Virus record (IMG/VR): IMGVR_UViG_3300020472_002098 | Span: 1 to 32,281 of that record | DNA: 32,281 bases | Strand: one strand, 5' to 3' | Origin: a virus | Taxonomy: Duplodnaviria > Caudoviricetes | In this document: one piece after another, positions 1 to 9,309 of the stretch | How positions within the stretch are numbered: position 1 is the first letter of the stretch | Layout of the letters: each line of letters opens with the position of its first letter | Made by a program: the position numbers and the translations under genes | The notes under the pieces: generated by a model | Told to the model about the DNA's origin: nothing | Database searches by the model: none | The model's input: only the letters and a program-made list of their open reading frames with translations

Positions 1-1
1 T

Positions 2-361
2 AGGTATAAGGAAGTGAAAGAAAATTATGCTGCAGTTGAAGCTATTAGACTTCTAATAGAAAAGCAGAATAAATCATCTGGTAATCAGATGGCAGATAAT
101 GCTCCTAATAAATCTCCTAAGAATGATGGTACTATTGAATCCGAAATAAATCAGATTCAAACAATGCCAGCCTTACCCGATAAGGATGTTAAAAAGTTTT
201 TAGATGCAGGTGAGACTAAGAATGCTCCTTCTAAGGAATCTAAACCTACAAACAAAAACAATGGTACTAAGAAGCCTAGTAGAACAAACGTAGGTGGAAG
301 ATGGTATAATAATAATTTAGACGGTGCTAATGATCTTAAAAGTAATAAAGATATAGCTTAA
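2..361 (+). CDS. Hypothetical protein, probably 5'-truncated by the window edge
   Basis: Frame is open from base 2 (AGG TAT AAG GAA GTG...) to TAA at 359-361; Lys/Asn/Pro-rich tail; converges on the next gene. Confidence 0.6.
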   Translation, partial: RYKEVKENYAAVEAIRLLIEKQNKSSGNQMADNAPNKSPKNDGTIESEINQIQTMPALPDKDVKKFLDAGETKNAPSKESKPTNKNNGTKKPSRTNVGGRWYNNNLDGANDLKSNKDIA

Positions 362-703
362 TTATCTAGTTACTGCTTTTTTAACTATTGCTGTTCCTTC
401 AATTACCCTTTCGGTAACTCCTTCTGGGCTGGATATTAATAGGTCGTAAAAATATTTTCCTGCTTTTAATGTCTCTGTCACTGCAGATAGCATTTCAATG
501 CTAACTCTACCTGTAGAGCGATCATTGGCAAATGTAACTGTAAAATCTGCAGATTTAGTGGATGTCTCATATCGTTTTATTTGAGAACATCCAACATAAC
601 CTGTTAAATCTTTTACACTGTTAGTTGCAGAATCTTCTAAAACAAAGGTTTGGGCAAAATCCGTTCCTGTGTATATTATTATATTGGCAGTGAATACTGG
701 CAT
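362..703 (-). CDS. Small putative virion adaptor protein (BppU-N-like Ig fold), paralog 1
   Basis: 113 aa; GTDFAQTF..DLTGY..QIKR..LKAGKYFYDLL..VIEG pattern shared with the N-termini of 5575-6198 and 6207-7148. Confidence 0.7.
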   Translation of the reverse strand: MPVFTANIIIYTGTDFAQTFVLEDSATNSVKDLTGYVGCSQIKRYETSTKSADFTVTFANDRSTGRVSIEMLSAVTETLKAGKYFYDLLISSPEGVTERVIEGTAIVKKAVTR

Positions 704-726
704 TATTTTTTTCTATATTTTAATAT

Positions 727-2454
727 TTATGCTAATGTTGTTAGGAATGGTGTAATCCAATCTTCTTCTGAATTAGTAACAGTTATAATAGTTATACCTC
801 TTGCAGCTAGTTTTGTGTTTAATAAATCGATAGATGCTTGAACATCACCTGGAGTCATACTACCCGATCCATCAACAAACAGTGCAATTTTAGAACCATC
901 AGGAATATTATCTATATTACATATAGTATACCAGTCACTAGCCATTGAGGCATCTCCATTATCTCTATTAACTTGAACTGGTCCGAATGTTTTTCCGTTT
1001 GCAAATGCTCCTACTTCTACTGAAATATCATTAATAGTAATCTCATCAGAAGTTGCTATTACAGTTCCAGTTACAGATCCAGTTCTTATTTCAAGTTTGA
1101 ATTTTTCAATTCCTTCTGTTGCTCTATCTCCTACTAGTTTTCTTACTACTGTTATTTGATTATTATTATCAAGAGTTTGAGAACCTTCTAGAGTATTGTC
1201 TGTGAAATCTGCTGCAGTAATTGCACCTGCTGTTGTTAATGTAGACCAATAGAGTGGTGCTCCTGCTGCATAACCTGTTGCTGTTACTGTAAAAGTAATG
1301 GTACGATTAGCTGCATCATCCTGTCCTTCATTAACATCAGTTTTATCTTGAGTTATTACTATTGATTGTGCAACATCATTAACTGTTATTGTTGGACTTG
1401 TTGCAACAATAGTTCCTGAATTACTACCAGTTCTTATATTAACTACAAAGGTTTCTCCATCATCTGATATGTTATCAGTTGTAATAAGTTTTACAAGTGA
1501 ATATACATTGTTTGTTGTTGAGAATGATCCCGTTAAAGTATTATCTGTAAAATCTCCTGCTACTGTAGTTGCACCAACTATATCATAATAAAATGTAGAT
1601 GTTGGACTATAACCTGTAGATGTTATTACAAATTGAATTTGCTGTCCTTCATCAACTGTAGTTACGCTTGGTGCTATTGATACTGTTTGTGCAACATCAC
1701 CTATTGTGACTTGTGAAGATGTTGCTACGATAGGACCTGATGTTGAACCAGTTCTTACATAAGCAGTAAATGTTTCATTATCATCAGTTATTGTATCTCC
1801 AGCACTAATAACAACAAAGGTTCCAGAATTATTATTAATAGTAAATGATCCTGCTAGAGTACCACCTACAAAGTCATCTGCTGTTGCAGTTCCTGATAAA
1901 TTGTAATAAAGGTTTGTTGAATCTGCTACATTTGTAGTAGCAACTGTAAATCCAACAGAACCACCTTCATTAATTGATGTTACTGTTTGTGTTAATGAAT
2001 ATGTTGGTGGTGGAGGAGCATTTCCTCCTTGAATCATTCCACCACCAAGTCCTTTAATTGTTAGTTTTTTTGCATCATTTGTATGATAGTTTCCTATTGT
2101 TATTTCACTATCAAGTGTGAGAGTAGATCCGTTATATTTTAAACCTTGGTCATCACCAACAAATTCAAATTTATATGATCCAGTTCCAATTCCAAGAGTA
2201 ACTGTTTCTCCAGGTAGACCTGGAATATAGATTAATTCATTATTATTAAATGCGGTTGTTATTGCTACATATTCATTATTATCAAATATAACAACATTAA
2301 CTTCATCTGAGGTAGAAATCCCTACGGATTTCTGAGTCATTATATTTTCAAGATAGAAGAATGGTATCTTCTGAAGATTACTTGTAAATTTCTTTTTAAA
2401 GTGTCGCAGATAAGATTTAAAATTATCTCTCTGCTGCAGGGTGGGCTTTGGCAT
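727..2454 (-). CDS. Putative fibre/virion surface protein with three Calx-beta-like repeats and a C-terminal vWA-like segment
   Basis: Three ~105-aa repeats (xNEG..F.V..DF..L.GS..E.F..RTGS.SG.IVATS..TI.D); C-terminal ALFVDGSGSM (DxSxS); ATG abuts the upstream TAA; alternative start at 2340. Confidence 0.7.
   Translation of the reverse strand: MPKPTLQQRDNFKSYLRHFKKKFTSNLQKIPFFYLENIMTQKSVGISTSDEVNVVIFDNNEYVAITTAFNNNELIYIPGLPGETVTLGIGTGSYKFEFVGDDQGLKYNGSTLTLDSEITIGNYHTNDAKKLTIKGLGGGMIQGGNAPPPPTYSLTQTVTSINEGGSVGFTVATTNVADSTNLYYNLSGTATADDFVGGTLAGSFTINNNSGTFVVISAGDTITDDNETFTAYVRTGSTSGPIVATSSQVTIGDVAQTVSIAPSVTTVDEGQQIQFVITSTGYSPTSTFYYDIVGATTVAGDFTDNTLTGSFSTTNNVYSLVKLITTDNISDDGETFVVNIRTGSNSGTIVATSPTITVNDVAQSIVITQDKTDVNEGQDDAANRTITFTVTATGYAAGAPLYWSTLTTAGAITAADFTDNTLEGSQTLDNNNQITVVRKLVGDRATEGIEKFKLEIRTGSVTGTVIATSDEITINDISVEVGAFANGKTFGPVQVNRDNGDASMASDWYTICNIDNIPDGSKIALFVDGSGSMTPGDVQASIDLLNTKLAARGITIITVTNSEEDWITPFLTTLA
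1027..2004 (-). repeat. Three tandem diverged Calx-beta-like domain repeats (protein level, approximate bounds)
   Basis: RTGSTSGPIVATS / RTGSNSGTIVATS / RTGSVTGTVIATS recur about every 105-115 aa. Confidence 0.75.
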
Positions 2455-3234
2455 TTATAACCACCTCATAGCCACGGCAATACCAACCATTGCTATTAAA
2501 AGATCGAATGAATAATCTGCAGTAGTTGCTAGATCCATACCTCTCCAATATTCTGGATCATCAAATGGAATCATTCCAACTGCAACTTCTACTCTTACTT
2601 TTATACCAGTATTACCAAGAAATCTTGTTACTACTTTTTTAGAACAAGCTGCCCACCAATCTTCTTTTGATTGCCATAATCCATTACCACTAAGATCAAA
2701 ATGGTTATTCCAATAAGCTGCTGAATTTGCTCCAAGATAACCTAACTCGGAGTAATCTGTATCAGTTTGCCAGTCCATTGGATAGAATCCTAATCCTCCT
2801 GCCTGTGATCCAGATTGAACTACACCTAGTCTTCCCCATATTCCAATAAATCCATCAGTATATTTACTACTATCTGATTCTTCTCCTGTACAACAGAGAG
2901 ATACTTCTTCACATTCATTACCACTACAATCACCATCTGCCCATCCTATCATTTTTGCATATCCACCAAGATAAGTATAGTTTGCGTTGGTTAATCTTTG
3001 TGCATAACCTAACCAGGGTTTGGGATAATACCCACTTGCTCCTAATGGATTTTCAGTATCTGGATCAAAATAATATGGTTCTGGTGCATGAGGACCACCT
3101 ACCCAAGTATCTGTTGATGTGGGATTATTTCCTGGATATATTCCATCTATTTCACTATAACTAATTTTTCCTCTTGCTACACCATCATAGAATAATCTTG
3201 GATTCTTAGCTTTTACATCTGCAAATTGTGCCAT
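2455..3234 (-). CDS. Hypothetical protein (Gly/Trp/Cys-rich, hydrophobic C-terminus)
   Basis: Long ORF; ATG at 3234 (MAQFADV) lies just after the upstream stop at 3236 and is preferred over 3273. Confidence 0.7.
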   Translation of the reverse strand: MAQFADVKAKNPRLFYDGVARGKISYSEIDGIYPGNNPTSTDTWVGGPHAPEPYYFDPDTENPLGASGYYPKPWLGYAQRLTNANYTYLGGYAKMIGWADGDCSGNECEEVSLCCTGEESDSSKYTDGFIGIWGRLGVVQSGSQAGGLGFYPMDWQTDTDYSELGYLGANSAAYWNNHFDLSGNGLWQSKEDWWAACSKKVVTRFLGNTGIKVRVEVAVGMIPFDDPEYWRGMDLATTADYSFDLLIAMVGIAVAMRWL

Positions 3235-3235
3235 A

Positions 3236-4102
3236 TTAATCGAAGTGTAAGTGAAGGTTATTACTTGTTCCACCCCAACCTACCTTTACATCTATAGTTC
3301 CAGTTATACCAGATGTATGAGATGTATTCAGTCCTATATTCCTATAAGTAAATGAATTATTACTTGTTAGTACTATAGGTACACCATTAGGATAAGTTGT
3401 TGTTGATATACTAAAACTAGTGGTATTTATGCCAGTGACCTCTAGAACTGCACCCCAATCATCATAATTAGTATCCAATCCATGATTGGAATTTAGTATA
3501 ACTGTTGCTACATTATTTAATCTTGAAATTGAGGTTATTCCAGTAATAGTTGAATGTGTTGTATTAAATGCATTAGGTCCACCCCAAGGTTTTAATGTAG
3601 TATCCCGACCTTCACTACCAATTCCTAATGTATTAAAAAATATTTTTAATTTTTCTGATGTTGATCCAATACCAACAGTAGATGTTCTTTTTGAATCCCC
3701 GTCAAGTAAAGCAAGTAACATTCCTTTAGTTACATTTTCTAATGAATTTTTTACTGTTTTATAACCAACATAGTATGCAGTTGATGCATATGCAACATTT
3801 GCAGCAACATCAGCATCATTAGACCAAGTACCTATTCCTGCAGATGGATCTAATGGTGGAAAAAAATCAAAAAAGTCATAGAATTTTTCATCATGTGATT
3901 CAAAGCTAAATCCATGTCTATAATTTCTTGATATTGGAGTGTCTATATGCATCCCATCATCAAAATTATGAATATCATAGAATCCAATACTATTTCCTAT
4001 ACCTACAACAGTTTCTTGATTATTTGCTTCATTTTCTTTTATATAAGAATCACCTAAATTTAGGCTAAAATGATTTAATGCTAATTCGTATGCTGTTCTC
4101 AT
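3236..4102 (-). CDS. Hypothetical protein, probably virion-associated
   Basis: 288 aa; repeated VGIG/GIGS/GIGT motifs and Thr-rich beta C-terminus; tightly packed in the cluster. Confidence 0.65.
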   Translation of the reverse strand: MRTAYELALNHFSLNLGDSYIKENEANNQETVVGIGNSIGFYDIHNFDDGMHIDTPISRNYRHGFSFESHDEKFYDFFDFFPPLDPSAGIGTWSNDADVAANVAYASTAYYVGYKTVKNSLENVTKGMLLALLDGDSKRTSTVGIGSTSEKLKIFFNTLGIGSEGRDTTLKPWGGPNAFNTTHSTITGITSISRLNNVATVILNSNHGLDTNYDDWGAVLEVTGINTTSFSISTTTYPNGVPIVLTSNNSFTYRNIGLNTSHTSGITGTIDVKVGWGGTSNNLHLHFD

Positions 4103-4106
4103 AATT

Positions 4107-5573
4107 TTAATACTCCAATCTTAATACAAAAGGTTTTGAATTTCCTTGTACCCATTCACCAAGATCTCTTGCTCCATCACCATGAGCTACTGCTATTTGA
4201 TATCTAAGCCAAGAAGACATATCATCCCATCTAAATCTAACTGCTTCACATGCTGTTGTATCAACACCATTATTTGGTGCAGGAGCCCAACAATCGGGAT
4301 CATTTGGACATCTGAAAAATACTCCTGATTTAATTTCTTCTTCTGTCCAATGTTCTCCCTTTAATACATTTACAGCAGCATCTCTCGCTATTTCCCATCC
4401 ATATTTAAAATCATAATCATCATAAATTCCTTTGATATTATGTGCTTGTGTAAGATGTATTGGTGTTCCATCAGTAACTACATGAAAAGTTCCAAGTAAA
4501 TTTTGAAATTTGTATGAATTTGCACCGTTAACTATTAGATAGTAATCATTTGAATTCATATTATATCCACCTGCATAACAGCTTGATTGAAAATCAAAAT
4601 TAGCAGCACCTCCAGTACACATCCATCTTACTGCATACGCACTTGAACCTATATCTTGTCGTCCAACAAAATTACTGTACTTATTATAATCATTATAACC
4701 AGCTCCAGGATTGCTTGGGTGAAGCCAATTAGCTTCTCCTGTCTGGTATTGATCTACATCATGCAACTTAAAATTGTTTCTAATATAATGTGCAACATCC
4801 TCTCTAAACCATTCAGCAGCATGGCCATGAATATAATAACTCAACCATGCATTATCAATTGGAGCTCCAGTTCCTTCTAGGTAGTGATAACACCATAGAT
4901 ATATTAAACCTGCATACATTGATGCTTTTGTCCACATACCAAATGAAGTTACCAAAGCTCCAAATATTAGATTAAGCATTTCAAATATTTTATTACCACC
5001 TTGAAGTTCTGCTTGAACTTGTTCTTGTGCTTTGTCCCATCTTAATTTAATTTCAGGACACTCCCCAGGTGGTTGATCATTATCTCTATCTGGATTATCA
5101 CCTGCAAATAGATTTTCCCAATCTGCTCCTGGGAATGGAATACCATTAAATGGATTTATATCTGTATTTGTAGAATCTCCACCGTAACCATCAGATCCAA
5201 TAGCCATTTCATTCCGCATATTTTCTTCTAAGCAAGATTTCATTGCTTCATTAGTAAATATACATCCTACATCTTCTATTGCAAATCCAGGTGGTTTAAC
5301 TGGTGAGGATGTTAAATCAAAATCTGTACCTGGACCAGAGTTTCCAGCTCTTTGTTTTACTATAAACGACGCATAAAGAAGACCTTTTTCTAAGAATATT
5401 TTTAGATCATGTATATTTCGATAGGGTAATTTTAAATTATTTTGGGATATACCTACCCCATTTATACCTTTATCATAAGCAACTACTATTTCATCAGCAA
5501 GTTCCTTATAAGCAGTTTCAAATGCTTCTACTTCTGTTCCAGTAAATCCTGTTGTTGGCCAATTAAAAGTCAT
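4107..5573 (-). CDS. Hypothetical protein; C-terminal half carries colicin M-like motifs
   Basis: 488 aa; hydrophobic segment, then HYLEGTGA ... LLGTFHVVTDGT ... YDDYDF ... KPF; function is inference. Confidence 0.6.
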   Translation of the reverse strand: MTFNWPTTGFTGTEVEAFETAYKELADEIVVAYDKGINGVGISQNNLKLPYRNIHDLKIFLEKGLLYASFIVKQRAGNSGPGTDFDLTSSPVKPPGFAIEDVGCIFTNEAMKSCLEENMRNEMAIGSDGYGGDSTNTDINPFNGIPFPGADWENLFAGDNPDRDNDQPPGECPEIKLRWDKAQEQVQAELQGGNKIFEMLNLIFGALVTSFGMWTKASMYAGLIYLWCYHYLEGTGAPIDNAWLSYYIHGHAAEWFREDVAHYIRNNFKLHDVDQYQTGEANWLHPSNPGAGYNDYNKYSNFVGRQDIGSSAYAVRWMCTGGAANFDFQSSCYAGGYNMNSNDYYLIVNGANSYKFQNLLGTFHVVTDGTPIHLTQAHNIKGIYDDYDFKYGWEIARDAAVNVLKGEHWTEEEIKSGVFFRCPNDPDCWAPAPNNGVDTTACEAVRFRWDDMSSWLRYQIAVAHGDGARDLGEWVQGNSKPFVLRLEY

Positions 5574-5574
5574 T

Positions 5575-6198
5575 TTATATTAATGGTGGTGTATTTACGG
5601 TTGTTTCGTTCAGAAAATTATCTGGACAATGTAGTTTTAAGTATGTATTCGCATCAACCATAGAACCAAATCCTGTACCAAAACTACTTGGAGCTCCCCA
5701 ACCAGTTGGCGTTGGTTGTAAGAGATAGAATGTTCTATTGGGATAAGTGTTTCTAAATTGTTCCCATTTAGTGTACATACCAGTGAATGTTTGAGTTCCT
5801 GCGTTTTCGTCTATAACAGCAATGCATAGTCTTTGAGCACTAGTTGGTTTTGAGAAATCACATCCAGTTGAGATTCCAGCTCTTACATGAACTCTACCTT
5901 CTAAAACTATTTCTTTTTTACCACCTGGTTTAGTAAAAAGAACATCATATACATATCTACCTTCTTTTAAGTTCCCAGTTGTCCAACTAGGAATCGACAT
6001 ATTTATCTTGCCTTCTATTCTATTAGGAAATGCTACTGTGAAACTAACAGCAGTTGCACTTCCTTTATGTTTTCTTAGTTGTGCTTTTGCAGTGTAGTTT
6101 GTTAAATCTATAGTTCCACCACCAGTTTCAAGCATATCATAGTCTTGACTATAATCTGCTCCACTGATTATTGTTAGGTTGTGAGTGTATACTGCCAT
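5575..6198 (-). CDS. Adaptor-domain paralog 2 with C-terminal extension
   Basis: N-terminal ~110 aa match the 362-703 pattern (DLTNYTAKAQLRKH, LKEGRYVYDVL, VLEG); extension begins RLCIAVIDEN. Confidence 0.7.
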   Translation of the reverse strand: MAVYTHNLTIISGADYSQDYDMLETGGGTIDLTNYTAKAQLRKHKGSATAVSFTVAFPNRIEGKINMSIPSWTTGNLKEGRYVYDVLFTKPGGKKEIVLEGRVHVRAGISTGCDFSKPTSAQRLCIAVIDENAGTQTFTGMYTKWEQFRNTYPNRTFYLLQPTPTGWGAPSSFGTGFGSMVDANTYLKLHCPDNFLNETTVNTPPLI

Positions 6199-6206
6199 TT
6201 AATTAT

Positions 6207-7148
6207 TTATTCAAATATTAGTGATCTCATTCCTTCATACCAGTTAGAAGGGGTTTTACTAGATCCATTACTATCACCAACAAGTACTATGGCTCCGTTT
6301 TCTATTCTTTCAAATGACATTGAGGGATTAGTTTGTCCTGCTGCTGTATATAATGGAGTGCCACCTGTAACAGTATTTGCTGCACTAAAATACCAAGCTG
6401 CTGGTAATACATCATTTGTTATTTGTAGTGCTCCATTATCAGATGAGTGTTGAACGCTATCAAGTCTCATTTCCGTACCTAGTAATGATAATCTATGATT
6501 ATGTGCAGTTACTGAACCACAACCAATATATTCTCCAATATAAAATACAACTCCACCAAGGTTAATATAATTTTTTAGTTTGGTTATATAATCGGGATTT
6601 TCAAGATGTGTAGTTAGGGTTGGCATATTATTACATGAATCATGCCAATGACCCATTGCTATTATTCCATAATTTCCTATTTCATTAATTCCTGTTGCCC
6701 AATCTCCATCAGGACTTAAATTTGTAAAACCTGTAGATCCATCTAATCCCACATGACTATCAGTAGGTAATGCAGCAAATGATTCATTTGTATAAGTTGT
6801 TACAACAACAGTAGGTGAAATATCCTGAGTAGCAAGAACTTGACCTTCTATTACAATACTTTTTTTATCAGATGTATCTGTGAATAATACATCATAAACA
6901 TATCTACCTGGTTTTATAGCTCTAGTTGCAGTGGTTGCTAAAGAGACTCTAATATGACCATCTTCTCTATTAATAAAACCAACATTAAATACTGAAGTTG
7001 GTTTTAAACTTTCTGCATGTTTTCTAAGATGACATTTTGCAGTATATCCAGTTAGATCTAATGATGTTCCATCAGAGTTATCTAAGTAAAAATCTCTTGC
7101 GAAATGTGCTCCAGTTTCAATAGTAAAATTATTGACGTAAACTGCCAT
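6207..7148 (-). CDS. Adaptor-domain paralog 3 fused to an alpha/beta (DUF4350/GATase-like) domain
   Basis: DLTGYTAKCHLRKH, IKPGRYVYDVL, VIEG; C-terminal LKNYINLGGVVFYIGE and GAIVLVGDSN. Confidence 0.65.
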   Translation of the reverse strand: MAVYVNNFTIETGAHFARDFYLDNSDGTSLDLTGYTAKCHLRKHAESLKPTSVFNVGFINREDGHIRVSLATTATRAIKPGRYVYDVLFTDTSDKKSIVIEGQVLATQDISPTVVVTTYTNESFAALPTDSHVGLDGSTGFTNLSPDGDWATGINEIGNYGIIAMGHWHDSCNNMPTLTTHLENPDYITKLKNYINLGGVVFYIGEYIGCGSVTAHNHRLSLLGTEMRLDSVQHSSDNGALQITNDVLPAAWYFSAANTVTGGTPLYTAAGQTNPSMSFERIENGAIVLVGDSNGSSKTPSNWYEGMRSLIFE

Positions 7149-7169
7149 TAGTATAATTCTGATATTAGA

Positions 7170-7177
7170 TATTTATC
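7170..7177 (-). promoter_or_regulatory. T4-type late promoter variant (GATAAATA) ahead of the minus-strand cluster
   Basis: One mismatch to TATAAATA, ~20 nt upstream of ATG 7148; similar variants at 6204-6211 and 724-731 precede the other two paralogs. Confidence 0.5.
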
Positions 7178-7210
7178 TTCTTTCTATATAAGGTAGTATT
7201 TTCTATATTG

Positions 7211-8662
7211 ATGCTTAATAATTTTATTGTGGTTGGTGGTGGAAACGCTGGTTATATTTCTGCTTTAATATTAAAAACTACACATCCAAGGAATAATGTA
7301 ACGGTTATTGAATCTGAGAAGATTGGTACTGTTGGTGTTGGTGAAAGTTCAACTGAACATTTTGCTGGATTCTGCACTAGTTGTGGAATTGATAAGATGG
7401 AACTTATATTGAGAGCAAAAGCAACATTTAAACAAGGGGTTTATTTTTCTAATTGGTCTGATGAAGATTATATGCATAATATAAGCACCTTTACTACACA
7501 GGCATTAGTGGGAAATCATTTTCCATATATGCAGAAGGTTATTGCATATAATAGACCTAATTATGAAATGAATCCTAAAGGAAGTTGGGAAAATAAAGTC
7601 GGACTTCAATACTTCAATAGTGTAGATAATTCCCCAACAAATCAATTTCATTTTGATACTAAAGCATTAAATGATTTTTTAAATGAAAAATGTATAGAAA
7701 GAGGAATTAAAATTATTGATGATAAATTGCAAGGTGCAATAGTTCATCCAGAGTCTGGAAATATAGTTTCACTTAATGGTGAGAAAGGTAGGTATGAGGC
7801 AGATTTCTTTATTGATTGCTCTGGATTTTCAAGACTTTTATTGAATAATACTTTAGATATTAAATGGAAATCTTATTCTGAATATCTACCACTTAACTCT
7901 GCAATTGCATTTGCTACTGATGAGATGGAAGAATATAATATGTACACAAAATCAACCGCTAGAGATTGTGGTTGGAGTTGGCAGATTCCAACTCAAGGTA
8001 GAACAGGTAATGGATATGTTTTTTGTGATAGATTTATTGATGAGGATCAAGCACATCAAGAAATGGAAGAAGCATATGGGCAAGAAATAACTATTAATAA
8101 AACATTTAAGTTTGATCCTGGTAGATTAGAAAAGGCATGGCATAAGAATTGTTATGCAGTAGGATTATCTCAAAGTTTTGTTGAACCATTAGAAGCAACT
8201 GCCATTGGTAGTGTTATTCAACAGATGTATGCTTTGGTGCATTTTCTTCCTTCAAATAGTGTTGATGAATGTAATGAAGTTGTTGATAATATTTTTGATA
8301 ATATATTTGATTATGTTCAGGCACATTATCTCACAAAAAGAGAAGATACTCCTTTTTGGAAAGAGGTTAAATATGATTTAAAAATAACTCCTTCTCTTCA
8401 AAAATTATTAGATAGGTGGAAGAAGAGATTTCCATTAGCACAGGATGTACATTGCAGATGGGGTATGTTTTCTGAGATAAATTATATTCCTATACTTTAT
8501 GGTCTAAAATGGTTTAATCGAGAACTTGTATCCAAATTATATGAAGATATTTCTCATTTACCAGTTATTGATTGGGAAGATTCAAATAGGAAAGATGTTC
8601 TTTATATGGGTCATAAGGATCTTATAGATAATCTAAATAAAAAAAATCAATTAAGATTATGA
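7211..8662 (+). CDS. Flavin-dependent halogenase (tryptophan halogenase/PrnA family)
   Basis: VVGGGNAG FAD motif, GVGES, ATFKQG (catalytic Lys position), IDCSGF, WSWQIP (WxWxIP), FVEPLEATAI; ATG 7211 (TTG 7208 alternative). Confidence 0.92.
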   Translation: MLNNFIVVGGGNAGYISALILKTTHPRNNVTVIESEKIGTVGVGESSTEHFAGFCTSCGIDKMELILRAKATFKQGVYFSNWSDEDYMHNISTFTTQALVGNHFPYMQKVIAYNRPNYEMNPKGSWENKVGLQYFNSVDNSPTNQFHFDTKALNDFLNEKCIERGIKIIDDKLQGAIVHPESGNIVSLNGEKGRYEADFFIDCSGFSRLLLNNTLDIKWKSYSEYLPLNSAIAFATDEMEEYNMYTKSTARDCGWSWQIPTQGRTGNGYVFCDRFIDEDQAHQEMEEAYGQEITINKTFKFDPGRLEKAWHKNCYAVGLSQSFVEPLEATAIGSVIQQMYALVHFLPSNSVDECNEVVDNIFDNIFDYVQAHYLTKREDTPFWKEVKYDLKITPSLQKLLDRWKKRFPLAQDVHCRWGMFSEINYIPILYGLKWFNRELVSKLYEDISHLPVIDWEDSNRKDVLYMGHKDLIDNLNKKNQLRL

Positions 8663-8663
8663 A

Positions 8664-9113
8664 ATGGAAGGAGATTATGAAAATCCCTGGTACTACCAAG
8701 GTACAGCTTTCACTACTGATGATATTGGCGATTTCTTCGGTTTCGTCTACTGTATTACTAATATCAAATCGGGTAAACAATACATCGGAAGAAAATATTT
8801 CCAACAAAAACGTAAGCCTAGAGGTGGTAAGAGACGGGTTACGTCTGAGAGTGACTGGAAAAAATACTATGGAAGCTCTGACGAGCTTAGTGCAGATAGA
8901 AAGTTACTTGGAAACGCAGCGTTCAAACGAGAGATCTTATCCCTCCATACCAGACTCGGAGATGTAAACTACGAGGAAACAAAACAGTTATTTCTTAATA
9001 ATGTTCTTCAAGAATCTCTTGACAATGGAGAACCAGCATACTACAATAGCAACATTCTAGGACGCTATATGCGTAAGGATTATGGAAACTTTGGAGGAAA
9101 CTCTAAAAAATAA
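8664..9113 (+). CDS. GIY-YIG endonuclease (T4 endonuclease II-like)
   Basis: GFVYCITN..KQYIGRK, WKKYYGSS, FKREIL, E..Q, YYNSNI. Confidence 0.85.
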   Translation: MEGDYENPWYYQGTAFTTDDIGDFFGFVYCITNIKSGKQYIGRKYFQQKRKPRGGKRRVTSESDWKKYYGSSDELSADRKLLGNAAFKREILSLHTRLGDVNYEETKQLFLNNVLQESLDNGEPAYYNSNILGRYMRKDYGNFGGNSKK

Positions 9114-9288
9114 TTATCAATGGGCAATTCATCGTATGAATGTACTATGTACATTAGGAACATATGAAGATATTGAAGAAGCAGATTCAATCAGACAAGA
9201 ATTTAAAGAATGGTTGAATCCTGATACTGATGATCATGATATTCTTTCTCTCGAATATATCGGAGAAGGAAGTGACTTTGATAAATAA
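9082..9288 (+). CDS. Hypothetical protein
   Basis: 68-aa acidic ORF; AAGGA upstream; overlaps the previous stop. Confidence 0.65.
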   Translation: METLEETLKNNYQWAIHRMNVLCTLGTYEDIEEADSIRQEFKEWLNPDTDDHDILSLEYIGEGSDFDK

Positions 9289-9309
9289 AAATTACTTGGA
9301 AAAAAAATT

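Noticed and set aside
650-6453. Short + strand ORFs (650, 2955, 3486, 4146, 4656, 5442, 6181)
   Set aside because: Antisense shadows of long, motif-bearing minus-strand genes
8664-9113. GIY-YIG as a homing endonuclease or intron
   Set aside because: Short, no C-terminal DNA-binding repeats, no interrupted gene; fits a stand-alone nuclease
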